From the NCBI GenBank assembly GCA_963634795.1, contig CAVHDO010000002.1, forward strand, positions 1 through 57,529: DNA of 57,529 nucleotides, in the 5' to 3' direction. Position 1 is the first letter of the stretch. Every line of letters starts with the position of its first letter. Shown here one piece after another: positions 1-10,396 of the stretch. This stretch comes from Oscillospiraceae bacterium. GTDB taxonomy: Bacteria; Bacillota; Negativicutes; Veillonellales; Dialisteraceae. The notes under the pieces are model-generated. The model had not been told where the DNA came from, did no database searches, and saw only the letters and a list, made by a program, of their open reading frames with translations. Both the position numbers and the translations under genes were made by a program.

Positions 1-53
1 CGCTTATAAGCTCCCGGCTCTCGGCTACCTTGCGCCTGACGCAAAAAGCCGAG
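1..53. repeat. Intergenic repeat module R (AAGCTCCCRGCTCYCRGCT ... TTGCGYCTGAYGMAAAAAGCC)
   Basis: cgcttataagctcccggctctcggctaccttgcgcctgacgcaaaaagccgag aligns by eye with 13631..13696. Partial copies lie at 22806..22834 and 56855..56872. Confidence 0.7.
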
Positions 54-62
54 CACGCCAAC

Positions 63-99
63 CTGTGCACTGTGCACTGTGTACTATGTTGTGCACTAC
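63..99. repeat. Degenerate tandem TGTGCAC words
   Basis: ctgtgcactgtgcactgtgtactatgttgtgcactac: the palindromic GTGCAC core recurs 3 times plus one GTGTAC variant. Confidence 0.6.
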
Positions 100-309
100 T
101 TTTTGAAATCCAAAAAGAAAAATTTTCAACAATTTTTTAATACCGAAATTTCAGAATCAAAATAAAAAAATAAATGACATGGAAAGAAAATCGATATTTT
201 GCCGCCGAAATCTCCCCAAAAATCCGAAAAATTTACAGAAAAATAAGAGTAACATGAAAAAATCTACCGCAGACGAGAAAAACTTTACCCGGGCGGGCGA
301 ATGAAATAC

Positions 310-338
310 TTGCAGACATTGCTTGTATGCGTTATAAT
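310..338 (+). promoter_or_regulatory. Candidate sigma-70-type promoter of the porin gene
   Basis: TTGCAG (310..315), 17-nt spacer, TATAAT (333..338). An AT-rich tract lies upstream. This would give a ~150-nt 5' UTR. Confidence 0.5.
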
Positions 339-492
339 GTGGGCGTAACCGAAGGAAAGCCTGTCGCTTCGGGTGCGAAGGAAACGCAAAAGAGTGATTG
401 TTTGAGGAAACAAGGCAACTCTGATGAAAATTCTTTTGTGAATCCGGATTTTGATCTCGATGGGCAAAATTCACAAAAGGAGAGATTTCACT

Positions 493-1809
493 ATGAAGAA
501 AATCCTCGCAATGGCAGCTGTGGCTGCTCTCGCGGCCGGCGCTTCCGCTTACGCTGCGAATCCGTTCTCTGATGTTTCCACCTCTGACTGGGCGTACCAG
601 GCTGTCTCCGATTTGTCCGATCGTGGATTGGTCGACGGCTATCCGGACGGCACTTTCAAAGGCCAGCAGAACATCACCCGCTATGAAATGGCGCAGATCA
701 TTGCTCGCCTGATGGCGAAAGAAGACCAGATGGATGCGGAACATCGCGCGATCGTCGATCGTCTTGCTTCCGAATACGGCGCTGAACTCCAGAACCTCGG
801 TGTCCGCGTCGGCAACCTCGAAAAGAAAGTCGGTAACATCGTCTGGACCGGCGACGCTCGTATGCGTTACCAGAAGGCGAATGGCGGCGATGACGCGTTC
901 AAGGGTCGTATCCGCATCAATGCGCGTGCGACGGTCAATGACACCACCTATGTTCATGGTCGTCTTTCCACGGGTAATGTCGATTTGAAAAATGGCGGCG
1001 ATTCCAATGTTGAAATGGATCGTCTGTATGTCCATCATCAGCTCGGCAAAGTCGGCGCGACCCTCGGCCGTTATGAACTCGACATGGGTCAGCAGGTCAG
1101 CTGGCTCTATAGCGAGTCTTTCGACGGTCTTGAACTCGCGGCTCCGCTCGGAGAAAAAGTCAACTTGGCTATCGGCTACGGCCGCATGAAGGGTGCAGAT
1201 GCCGGAACAGTTAAGGGCACAGATGAGAAAGACTATGCTTATGAAACGTTCCATAAAGCGGAAGTCTTCTACGCGCAGGCGAAAGCCAATCTCGGCGTAG
1301 TGAAGCTCGGCGTGGATTACTACAAGACCAGCTCTTTCGAATATCTCAAGGGCACAACGGATGGTGGAACAACAACTTACGACGGCAAGTACTATGATTC
1401 TCAGAAGCAGTCTGTCTGGGGCGTGAATGTCCTCGTTCCGGTCAATGATTTTCGCGTATTTGGCGATTACTATGCCGATACAAAGGAAAGTGTCAAGGCT
1501 GGTCAGAAGGGAAAAATCTGGACCGTCGGCCTTGGCTATGGCGCAAAGAACCTCCAGAAAGTCGGTAGCTACAATATCGATCTCGCTTACTTCAAGACTA
1601 AAGAAGGTCTCTACAATGGCGGCTCCGGTCTGCAGGTTCCGACGGCGCTTTACTTGCTCGATAATAACGGCCACTTCTGGCTCGCTACCGGCGATGTCGT
1701 CGTCGCGAAGAATACCTATGTCCATGGCGAATACGCGTTCGCTTCCAAGGACGATGACACCGACCAGGGTTATAATTCTTGGACGCTGTCCCTCAACTAC
1801 AAGTTCTAA
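493..1809 (+). CDS. SLH-domain outer-membrane porin (OmpM/Mep45-like OM-to-peptidoglycan tether)
   Basis: ORF 451..1809. ATG 493 follows an AAAGGAGAG RBS. Signal peptide MKKILAMAAVAALAAGASAYA. SLH motif FSDVSTSDWAYQAVSDLSDRGLVDGYPDGTFKG..ITRYEMAQIIARLM, then a coiled linker, then ~330 aa with alternating beta-strand character ending in ..LSLNYKF (terminal aromatic, as in OMPs). Confidence 0.9.
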   Translation: MKKILAMAAVAALAAGASAYAANPFSDVSTSDWAYQAVSDLSDRGLVDGYPDGTFKGQQNITRYEMAQIIARLMAKEDQMDAEHRAIVDRLASEYGAELQNLGVRVGNLEKKVGNIVWTGDARMRYQKANGGDDAFKGRIRINARATVNDTTYVHGRLSTGNVDLKNGGDSNVEMDRLYVHHQLGKVGATLGRYELDMGQQVSWLYSESFDGLELAAPLGEKVNLAIGYGRMKGADAGTVKGTDEKDYAYETFHKAEVFYAQAKANLGVVKLGVDYYKTSSFEYLKGTTDGGTTTYDGKYYDSQKQSVWGVNVLVPVNDFRVFGDYYADTKESVKAGQKGKIWTVGLGYGAKNLQKVGSYNIDLAYFKTKEGLYNGGSGLQVPTALYLLDNNGHFWLATGDVVVAKNTYVHGEYAFASKDDDTDQGYNSWTLSLNYKF

Positions 1810-1826
1810 TTTTAGAATTTGCAGTC

Positions 1827-1861
1827 AAAAAGGAAACTCTGAAAAGGGTTTCCTTTTTTTT
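1827..1861 (+). terminator. Rho-independent terminator after the porin gene
   Basis: aaaggaaac / gtttccttt stem followed by T8. Confidence 0.8.
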
Positions 1862-2063
1862 GTGCGCGAATAAAAATGCGCGGAGCGTATTCATTTTTGA
1901 CATCCGCTTGCTATTCATCATTAGCCGTTTTGAAATCAAATCGACAAACGATTTTCTTCTTTTGCGTGCGGGATGCGTTTCTCGTACGGGCTTTTCGATG
2001 GGCCAGAAAATTTCTCAAAGGCGATTTTATTTCATTTATGTGCCGGAATATAAGAAATAGCGG

Positions 2064-2092
2064 TTGAATATGACAATTCAAGATGATATAAT
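2064..2092 (+). promoter_or_regulatory. Candidate guaB promoter
   Basis: TTGAAT (2064..2069), 17-nt spacer, TGaTATAAT extended -10 (2084..2092). Confidence 0.5.
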
Positions 2093-2136
2093 AAAACAAT
2101 TCAATTCCCCATGCGGTACGGCAGAAACGGATGTAA

Positions 2137-4433
<2,297 letters not shown>

Positions 4434-4457
4434 GAAAATAAATTTTAGGAGGAACAA

Positions 4458-5129
4458 TTGGACACGGCGGAGGAAATCGTCAGAAATCCCAACACAAAGC
4501 CCTACATTCTGCATGAAAGTTATCCTTTCTTGGCGGTCTGCGCGGCGCTGGCGGGGGGCTTGGCGTATTTCGGACATCCGCACGCGGCGATTGTTCCTTT
4601 TGTATTGGGAATTTATTTTGCGTATTTCTTTCGCTGCCCGAAGCGGGACATTCCCGAAGGCGAAGACATTTTGGTGTCGCCGGCCGACGGGACGGTCATG
4701 GACGTGGCGGAAGACGTTTCCGAGGATTCGTTTCTTGGGGAAACTTGCCATCGCGTGACGATATTTCTCTCCGTTTTCAATGTGCACACGAATCGCGCGC
4801 CGATGGCGGGGAAAATTTCTTTTATGTCCTACACGCAGGGGCGTTTCCGTCCTGCGTACGAATCGAGCGTCGGGTATGAGAATGAGCGCGGCGCGATTGG
4901 GATCACCGGGAAACATCGGTCGATTTTGGTCGTGCAGATTGCGGGGCTCTTGGCGCGGCGGGTCGTGCTGTGGAGCCGTCTCGGCGAGACTATCGGCAAG
5001 GGCGAATTGTACGGGATGATTAAATTCGGTTCCTGCACGGAGCTGTATGTGCCGGGAAATGTGGAAATTTACGTCAAAAAAGGGGATAAAGTCACAGGCG
5101 GGACGAGTATCATAGGGAGGCTGAAGTAA
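4458..5129 (+). CDS. psd: Phosphatidylserine decarboxylase proenzyme (short type)
   Basis: TTG start after AGGAGG. N-terminal membrane segment. Sequence ..ILVSPADGTV.., FLSVFNVHTNRAPMAG, and a C-terminal KFGSCTELY self-cleavage-like G-S site. Confidence 0.85.
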   Translation: MDTAEEIVRNPNTKPYILHESYPFLAVCAALAGGLAYFGHPHAAIVPFVLGIYFAYFFRCPKRDIPEGEDILVSPADGTVMDVAEDVSEDSFLGETCHRVTIFLSVFNVHTNRAPMAGKISFMSYTQGRFRPAYESSVGYENERGAIGITGKHRSILVVQIAGLLARRVVLWSRLGETIGKGELYGMIKFGSCTELYVPGNVEIYVKKGDKVTGGTSIIGRLK

Positions 5130-5130
5130 A

Positions 5131-5865
5131 GTGAAGAAATCATGGGCTGCCAATGCCGCGACGGCGACAAACGGATTTTTCGGCGCGTTGTCGATTTTGA
5201 TGACGATAGAGGGCGCTTTCGATTATGCGGCGGTCTGCATTTTGGTGTCCATGGTGGCCGATTTTCTGGACGGACGCATCGCAAGAGCTTTGCATACGAC
5301 GGGACCTTTGGGCGTCGAGCTTGATTCCATGTGCGACGATATTTCCTTCGGAATCGCTCCGGGGGCGCTTTTGTATGCCTCCGAATTGCGCGAATTGGGT
5401 CTCATCGGGATGATTGCCTGCTCGCTCTTGGCCGTTTCCTGCGCGTTTCGTCTCGCCCGTTTCAATGTGAAAAGCGATGAAGTGCACGGCTATTTCGAAG
5501 GGCTTCCCTGTCCGATGACCGGCATGATTACGGCGGGATATATGCTGTCGGGGATGAAACTGTGGCCGGTCGTGACGCTTCTCTTGGTGCTTCTCGTTGC
5601 GTATCTCATGGTGAGTGAAATTCATTATCCCACGAACAAGGGCGCGACGGCCGATCAGCTCCATATCGAAGCGTTGGGCGCGGCGCTGCTTATCTTTGTC
5701 GCCCCCACATGTATCCATTGGCCGATTTGGTTTGCCGCGCTGTGCTTTGCTTTTATCGTGTTCGGGATATTGAATACGTACCAGAATCGTCGCAAGATGG
5801 AGCGGCGGAGAAGAAGAAAGGCGTTGCGCCGTCGGATGGATGAGGAAACAGAAGACGCGGAGTGA
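5131..5865 (+). CDS. pssA: CDP-diacylglycerol--serine O-phosphatidyltransferase
   Basis: GTG start 10 nt after GGGAGG. CDP-alcohol phosphatidyltransferase motif DFLDGRIARALHTTGPLGVELDSMCDD. Multiple TM segments and a basic C-tail. Confidence 0.88.
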   Translation: MKKSWAANAATATNGFFGALSILMTIEGAFDYAAVCILVSMVADFLDGRIARALHTTGPLGVELDSMCDDISFGIAPGALLYASELRELGLIGMIACSLLAVSCAFRLARFNVKSDEVHGYFEGLPCPMTGMITAGYMLSGMKLWPVVTLLLVLLVAYLMVSEIHYPTNKGATADQLHIEALGAALLIFVAPTCIHWPIWFAALCFAFIVFGILNTYQNRRKMERRRRRKALRRRMDEETEDAE

Positions 5866-7133
5866 CGTGTAGTATGAATACCCCCTTGGATTATCTGATG
5901 ATTCCCATCCAGTGGATTGTGGCGTTTTTCACGCTCTACTATCTGCTGCTGGCCGTGTGTGGGACTTGGCATCCGAAAGAAAAGAAAATTCTCACGCCGA
6001 AGCATACATTTGCCGTCGTCATCCCGGCGCACAATGAAGAAGCCGTCTTGGGCGCGCTTCTGGACAATTTGAAACAGTTGAAATATCCGAAAGAGCTGTA
6101 CGATATTTACGTCATAGCGGACAATTGCACGGACGGTACCGCGGCGCTGGCAAGAGAGCACGGCGCCTACGTTTTCGAGCGCTTCAATCAGGAACTCGTC
6201 GGCAAAGGCTATGCGATGGATTGGGTGTTTCCCCAAATTTTCGCATTGCAAAAGGGCTATGACGCTTTTTGCGTGTTTGATGCGGACAATTTGGTGCATC
6301 TCGATTTTTTGACGGAAATGAACAGCCGCCTCTGCAAGGGACAGAAAGTGTTGCAGGGGTATTTGTCTGCCAAAAATCCGACCGACACGTGGGTGTCCGG
6401 CACTTTTGCCATTGCCTTTTGGACGATCAATCATCTGTGGCATTTGGGGAAATACAATTTGGGTCTCTCCACGGCGCTGGGCGGCACGGGTATGTGCATC
6501 GCCGCGGACATCATCGAGAAATACGGTTGGGGCTGCGAATGTCTCACCGAAGACATGGAGTTTTCCATGAAATGCCTCACCTACGGCATTCGGACTTGCT
6601 GGGTGCATGACGCGATTATTTATGACGAGAAACCGCTCACTTTTATGGCGTCTTGGCGGCAACGCAAACGCTGGGCGCAAGGCCAATTCGACTGCGCGGG
6701 GCGCTACATTCCCCGGCTTTTGAAAGAAGGCATTCGCCGGAAAAATATGATGATTTTGGACGGCATCATCCAGCTGTCACAAAATTATTTTCTCCTGCTC
6801 TCGACTTTTTACGCCGTCATGACGTACATCAATATTTTCCATCCCTGCTTCACCGTCATTCTCTACAACGATCAGCTGCTCCCGCATCAATTTTGGTTCA
6901 TCATCACTTTTTTGCAATACATTTTGCCGCTCATCGTGCTGATTCAAATCAAAGTACCGAATAAAATTTGGTTCTACTGGCTCCTGTATCCGATTTTTAT
7001 GTACTCGTGGATTCCCGTCACCTTCCTCGGTTTCCTGGATCGCCACAAAAAAGGCTGGGTGCACACCATTCACACGAGAAGCATGCAATTCCAAGATGCT
7101 GCTTTGACGCGGAAGGATGAAAACAATGAATAG
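5862..7133 (+). CDS. Membrane-embedded family-2 glycosyltransferase, synthase-like (DxD, TED and QRxRW motifs)
   Basis: 423 aa. N-terminal TM segment, VVIPAHNEE, FDADN, LTEDMEFS, QRKRWAQG, and four or more C-terminal TM helices. The start is ambiguous (GTG 5862 overlapping the pssA stop, or ATG 5874). Confidence 0.85.
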   Translation: MTCSMNTPLDYLMIPIQWIVAFFTLYYLLLAVCGTWHPKEKKILTPKHTFAVVIPAHNEEAVLGALLDNLKQLKYPKELYDIYVIADNCTDGTAALAREHGAYVFERFNQELVGKGYAMDWVFPQIFALQKGYDAFCVFDADNLVHLDFLTEMNSRLCKGQKVLQGYLSAKNPTDTWVSGTFAIAFWTINHLWHLGKYNLGLSTALGGTGMCIAADIIEKYGWGCECLTEDMEFSMKCLTYGIRTCWVHDAIIYDEKPLTFMASWRQRKRWAQGQFDCAGRYIPRLLKEGIRRKNMMILDGIIQLSQNYFLLLSTFYAVMTYINIFHPCFTVILYNDQLLPHQFWFIITFLQYILPLIVLIQIKVPNKIWFYWLLYPIFMYSWIPVTFLGFLDRHKKGWVHTIHTRSMQFQDAALTRKDENNE

Positions 7134-7905
7134 ACCGCATATTTTCCTCACCAATGACGACGGATACGACGCGCCCGGTATCCGCGGCCTCGCGAAAATA
7201 TTGGCGACTTTTGCCCGCGTCACCGTCGTCTGCCCGCATCGCCCGCGCAGCTCTTGCTCCGCCGCGCTCACGCTTCATGAATATTTGCGCATGAAGAAAC
7301 GGGAACCCTTCGCAGACCATACGGACGTCTTCACCGTGACCGGCACGACGGCCGATTGCGGGAAAATCGCGCTTGAATATATTTTGAAAGACGACGCCCC
7401 GGATCTGATCGTCTCCGGCGCGAACAACGGTTTCAATGTCGGCACCGATTGCCTCTACAGCGGCACCGTCGCCGGCATCATGGAAGGCATTTACCAAGGC
7501 ATTCCGGGCATCGCCGTTTCCGTCGAAAATGCCAAAGACCCCGCGCTCTTGGAAAAAGCAACGTCATTGGCCGCCGACGTCATTTGTTTGTATTTCCTGC
7601 AAAATCATTGGAAGGGATTGCTGAATCTGAATATTCCCTACGGAGACCATATTTCTCTCTCGGAGATCAAAGTCGTGCGGCAAGGCCTGCAGCATTACGA
7701 AAATGCCATCCGCGCGCTGCAAGATCCGTCCGGCCGCACCGGTTACTGGATTTCCGGCCAAGCCATCCCGACCGACAATCCGGAAGAAGACACCTACTGG
7801 ATTTTCCGCGGCTACCCGACGCTCACGCCGCTCGTCTGGACGCAGACCGACAGCGCGCGCCTTGCGGAAACGGAAACGGTTTTGAATGCGGCGCGAAATG
7901 TTTGA
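7126..7905 (+). CDS. surE: 5'/3'-nucleotidase SurE
   Basis: ORF 7117..7905. ATG 7126 is better spaced from the GGAAGGA RBS. Sequence IFLTNDDGYDAPGIRGL.., GANNGFNVG, YSGTVAG. Overlaps the GT2 stop. Confidence 0.93.
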   Translation: MNRPHIFLTNDDGYDAPGIRGLAKILATFARVTVVCPHRPRSSCSAALTLHEYLRMKKREPFADHTDVFTVTGTTADCGKIALEYILKDDAPDLIVSGANNGFNVGTDCLYSGTVAGIMEGIYQGIPGIAVSVENAKDPALLEKATSLAADVICLYFLQNHWKGLLNLNIPYGDHISLSEIKVVRQGLQHYENAIRALQDPSGRTGYWISGQAIPTDNPEEDTYWIFRGYPTLTPLVWTQTDSARLAETETVLNAARNV

Positions 7906-7930
7906 CAGCGCGCCGATTTCATGATATATT
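7902..7930 (+). promoter_or_regulatory. Candidate promoter of tRNA-Leu
   Basis: TTGACA (7902..7907), 17-nt spacer including the TG of an extended -10, then TATATT (7925..7930). Confidence 0.55.
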
Positions 7931-7947
7931 TTTATACGCCGATTCGT

Positions 7948-8033
7948 GCCGGAGTGGCGGAATGGCAGACGCACCAGACTCAAAATCTGGCGGTGGCAAC
8001 ATCGTGTGGGTTCAAGTCCCACCTCCGGCACCA
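7948..8033 (+). tRNA. tRNA-Leu (anticodon CAA), class II with long variable arm, encoded CCA
   Basis: Acceptor gccggag / ctccggc, anticodon loop cuCAAaa, T-arm gggttcaagtccc, and 3' ACCA. Confidence 0.93.
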
Positions 8034-8037
8034 AAGA

Positions 8038-8072
8038 AAAATCTCGCAGACGAAACAGTCGCGAGATTTTTT
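8038..8072 (+). terminator. Rho-independent terminator after tRNA-Leu
   Basis: aaaatctcgc ... gcgagatttt stem plus T-run. Confidence 0.75.
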
Positions 8073-8192
8073 GTTGCATTTTTTCTGAAAGGAAGAAGCG
8101 GATTTTGAAACTATGTTATAATCAAGAAAAAAGAAATAAGAGCCAAGGCGTGGCGCTGAAATTTTATTTTTTATCATGAAGGAGGAAATAAA

Positions 8193-8861
8193 ATGAAATT
8201 GGAGTATTACGGGCATGCGGCATTTTTGATTGACACCGGGAAAGAGCGGCTGCTTTTCGATCCGTTTCTTTCGGGAAACGAGAACGCTTCGATTCGTGCC
8301 GAGGACGTTCGTTGCGATTACATTTTGATTTCTCATGCGCACGGAGATCATTTCGGAGACGCGGCGGAGATAGCGGCGCGCACGGGGGCGGCTGTTATTG
8401 CGATTCCGGAAGTGCTCGGGCTTTTTGAAAAGGCGCCCCGGTCGTATCCGATGAATATCGGCGGTACGGCGGCGCTTCCTTTCGGAAAAGTCACGATGAC
8501 ACCGGCGCTCCACAGTTGCGGCGTCGCGGGCGGGATGGCTTGTGGTTTTTTGATGCAATTCACGGATGGTCCCGTCGTGTATTATTCCGGCGATACGGGG
8601 CTTTTTGGTGATATGGCTTTGATTGGGAAGAAAGCCACGGTGGATTATGCGATTCTTCCGATTGGCGACAATTACACGATGGGGTCGGAGGATGCCGTGT
8701 GTGCGGCCAAATTGTTGGGCGCGGCGCACGTCATTCCGGTTCATTACAATACTTGGCCCGTCATCGCGCAGGATCCTCAAAAATTTTCCGCACTTTGCGA
8801 GAAATCCGGTATTTCCGTCAGCGTTGTCCCGGTGGGTGGTACGCTGGAATTGAAACAATAA
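8193..8861 (+). CDS. Metallo-beta-lactamase-fold hydrolase (UPF0173-like)
   Basis: 222 aa. RBS GAAGGAGG. Sequence ILISHAHGDHFGD, SGDTG, IPVHYNTWP. Confidence 0.88.
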   Translation: MKLEYYGHAAFLIDTGKERLLFDPFLSGNENASIRAEDVRCDYILISHAHGDHFGDAAEIAARTGAAVIAIPEVLGLFEKAPRSYPMNIGGTAALPFGKVTMTPALHSCGVAGGMACGFLMQFTDGPVVYYSGDTGLFGDMALIGKKATVDYAILPIGDNYTMGSEDAVCAAKLLGAAHVIPVHYNTWPVIAQDPQKFSALCEKSGISVSVVPVGGTLELKQ

Positions 8862-8957
8862 ATTGACATTTCTCGATATACTATTTATAATTGAAGCAGA
8901 AACGAAGGAAATAGGAAATTTGTTTCCTTTATCGTTGTGTAGAAGGGAGGAATTGGA

Positions 8958-9272
8958 ATGGAAATCGAGAGAATTACCGGGACGGACGTATTCGAAAGAG
9001 CGATTGCCAAAGGAGCGGCGGTCGTAGCGTTCGGTGCGCCTTGGTGCGGCTATTGCCGCCGCTTGGAACCGGTCATGGTCAAAGCGGCCGCGGAGGAAGA
9101 GACGCTTCCGTTTTACGGAATCAATATCGATGAGGACAAAGAACTTGCGCAGCGTTTCCAAATCGATACGGTACCGACCGTCATTTATTTCCAAGATGGC
9201 GCGCCGAAGGATCAATTTATCGGTTTTGTCAGCTACGGAGATGTCAAAGCGTTTTTGGAAAAGAACAAATGA
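8958..9272 (+). CDS. Thioredoxin-family protein (WCGYC active site)
   Basis: 104 aa. RBS GGGAGG. Sequence FGAPWCGYCRRLEP.., VPTVIYFQDG. Confidence 0.88.
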   Translation: MEIERITGTDVFERAIAKGAAVVAFGAPWCGYCRRLEPVMVKAAAEEETLPFYGINIDEDKELAQRFQIDTVPTVIYFQDGAPKDQFIGFVSYGDVKAFLEKNK

Positions 9273-9405
9273 CCGCGTAATTTTGGCAACGACTGATAGT
9301 TGGAAATAAGTAGGAATTTCGAACGAGTTGCAAAATTTGCGAATAAATTAAGTTGCGTTTCTATTTATGTCGGCAGAAAGCGATGAGCGCAATTCCTACT
9401 AAAGC

Positions 9406-9491
9406 AAAAAAAGGAGTCATATGCACCGATTTCTGATAGTTAGATTTGGGTCTAACTTTTTGGGGTCGGTACAGATGACTCCTTTTTTTTT
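9406..9491. terminator. Long bidirectional hairpin terminator between the thioredoxin gene and metF
   Basis: An A7 run, aggagtcat ... atgactcct outer stem with inner tgcaccga/tcggtaca pairing, then T9. Confidence 0.7.
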
Positions 9492-10362
9492 ACGCTAATC
9501 CCGCCTTCGTGACGATTTCTTCCACCGCAGGAATATCATTGATCGGCATGAGATGCGCGCCGGCGGCTCCGAGATCTTTTAGCGTGCGGACGATGTCGGC
9601 GGCGATTTCGATGCCGGCGGGGCGGCCTTCTGTTTCCATGCGGTCTTGGATTTCTTTTGTCACGGAGATGCCCGGGACTTTTTCGTGGAGGTAGAGCGCC
9701 ATTTTGTAGCTCTTGAGCGGGATGACGCCGAAGAGGATGGGGAGGCCGATTTCTTTGGCGCCATTCAGATATTCTTCGATGCGTTTCTTGTCAAAGACGG
9801 GCTGGGTCTGGACGAAGTCGGCGCCGGCGGCCTTTTTGGCTTCGAGGCGGCGGAGTTCTTGGTCGAGGTCGGGCGCGCCGGGGTTTCCTGTGGTTCCGAT
9901 GTAGAAACGGGTGGGAGCGTCGAGTTTGTTTCCTGCCATATCAAAACCATCGTTCAGGCGTTTCGCGATGCGGATGAGGCCCATGGAATCGGTCTCGAAG
10001 ACGGGCTTGGCGTCCGGATTGTCGCCAATTTCGGGCGGATCGCCGGTGAGAGTCAGGATGTTGTGGACGCCGAGCGCCGAGGCACCGAGGAGTTCGGCTT
10101 GGAGACCGATGAGATTCCGGTCGCGGCAGGTGAGGTGGAAAATCGTCTCGAGGTCGTAATCTTGCCGGATGATGTGCGAGAGAGCGATGGGGCTCATGCG
10201 GAGCTTGGCCATCGGGCAATCGGCGATATTCACAGCGTCCGCATAGCCGATGAGGTGAATGGCGTCTTTCTGCGTTTTGAGCGGCGAGGCGCTTTTCGGC
10301 GGGTCGAGCTCGACGGTAATCGTAAATTGTCCTTTTTCGTGTTTGTCGCGAAGGGTATTCAT
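9490..10362 (-). CDS. metF: 5,10-methylenetetrahydrofolate reductase
   Basis: 290 aa. Sequence FTITVELDPPKS.., NIADCPMA, HLTCRD, LTLTGDPP, and QTQPVFD typical of MTHFR. Confidence 0.9.
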   Translation of the reverse strand: MNTLRDKHEKGQFTITVELDPPKSASPLKTQKDAIHLIGYADAVNIADCPMAKLRMSPIALSHIIRQDYDLETIFHLTCRDRNLIGLQAELLGASALGVHNILTLTGDPPEIGDNPDAKPVFETDSMGLIRIAKRLNDGFDMAGNKLDAPTRFYIGTTGNPGAPDLDQELRRLEAKKAAGADFVQTQPVFDKKRIEEYLNGAKEIGLPILFGVIPLKSYKMALYLHEKVPGISVTKEIQDRMETEGRPAGIEIAADIVRTLKDLGAAGAHLMPINDIPAVEEIVTKAGLA

Positions 10363-10396
10363 GGAAACGGTTTCCTTTCTGAAAAATACAGACGAC

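Noticed and set aside
157-1725. 522-aa minus-strand ORF opposite the porin gene. Similar long antisense ORFs include 2101..3627, 7980..9215, 15492..16736, 16764..19889 (1041 aa), 20510..21592, 22694..24586, 25671..27356, 28762..30021, 30061..31431, 31844..33187, 34737..36293, 37491..38555, 38651..39853, 40348..41940, 45825..47672 and 56877..57479.
   Set aside because: Each lies antisense to a gene with unmistakable family motifs. Their translations are Arg/His/Pro-rich, low-complexity and motif-free. They are shadow ORFs produced by the codon periodicity of the true strand.
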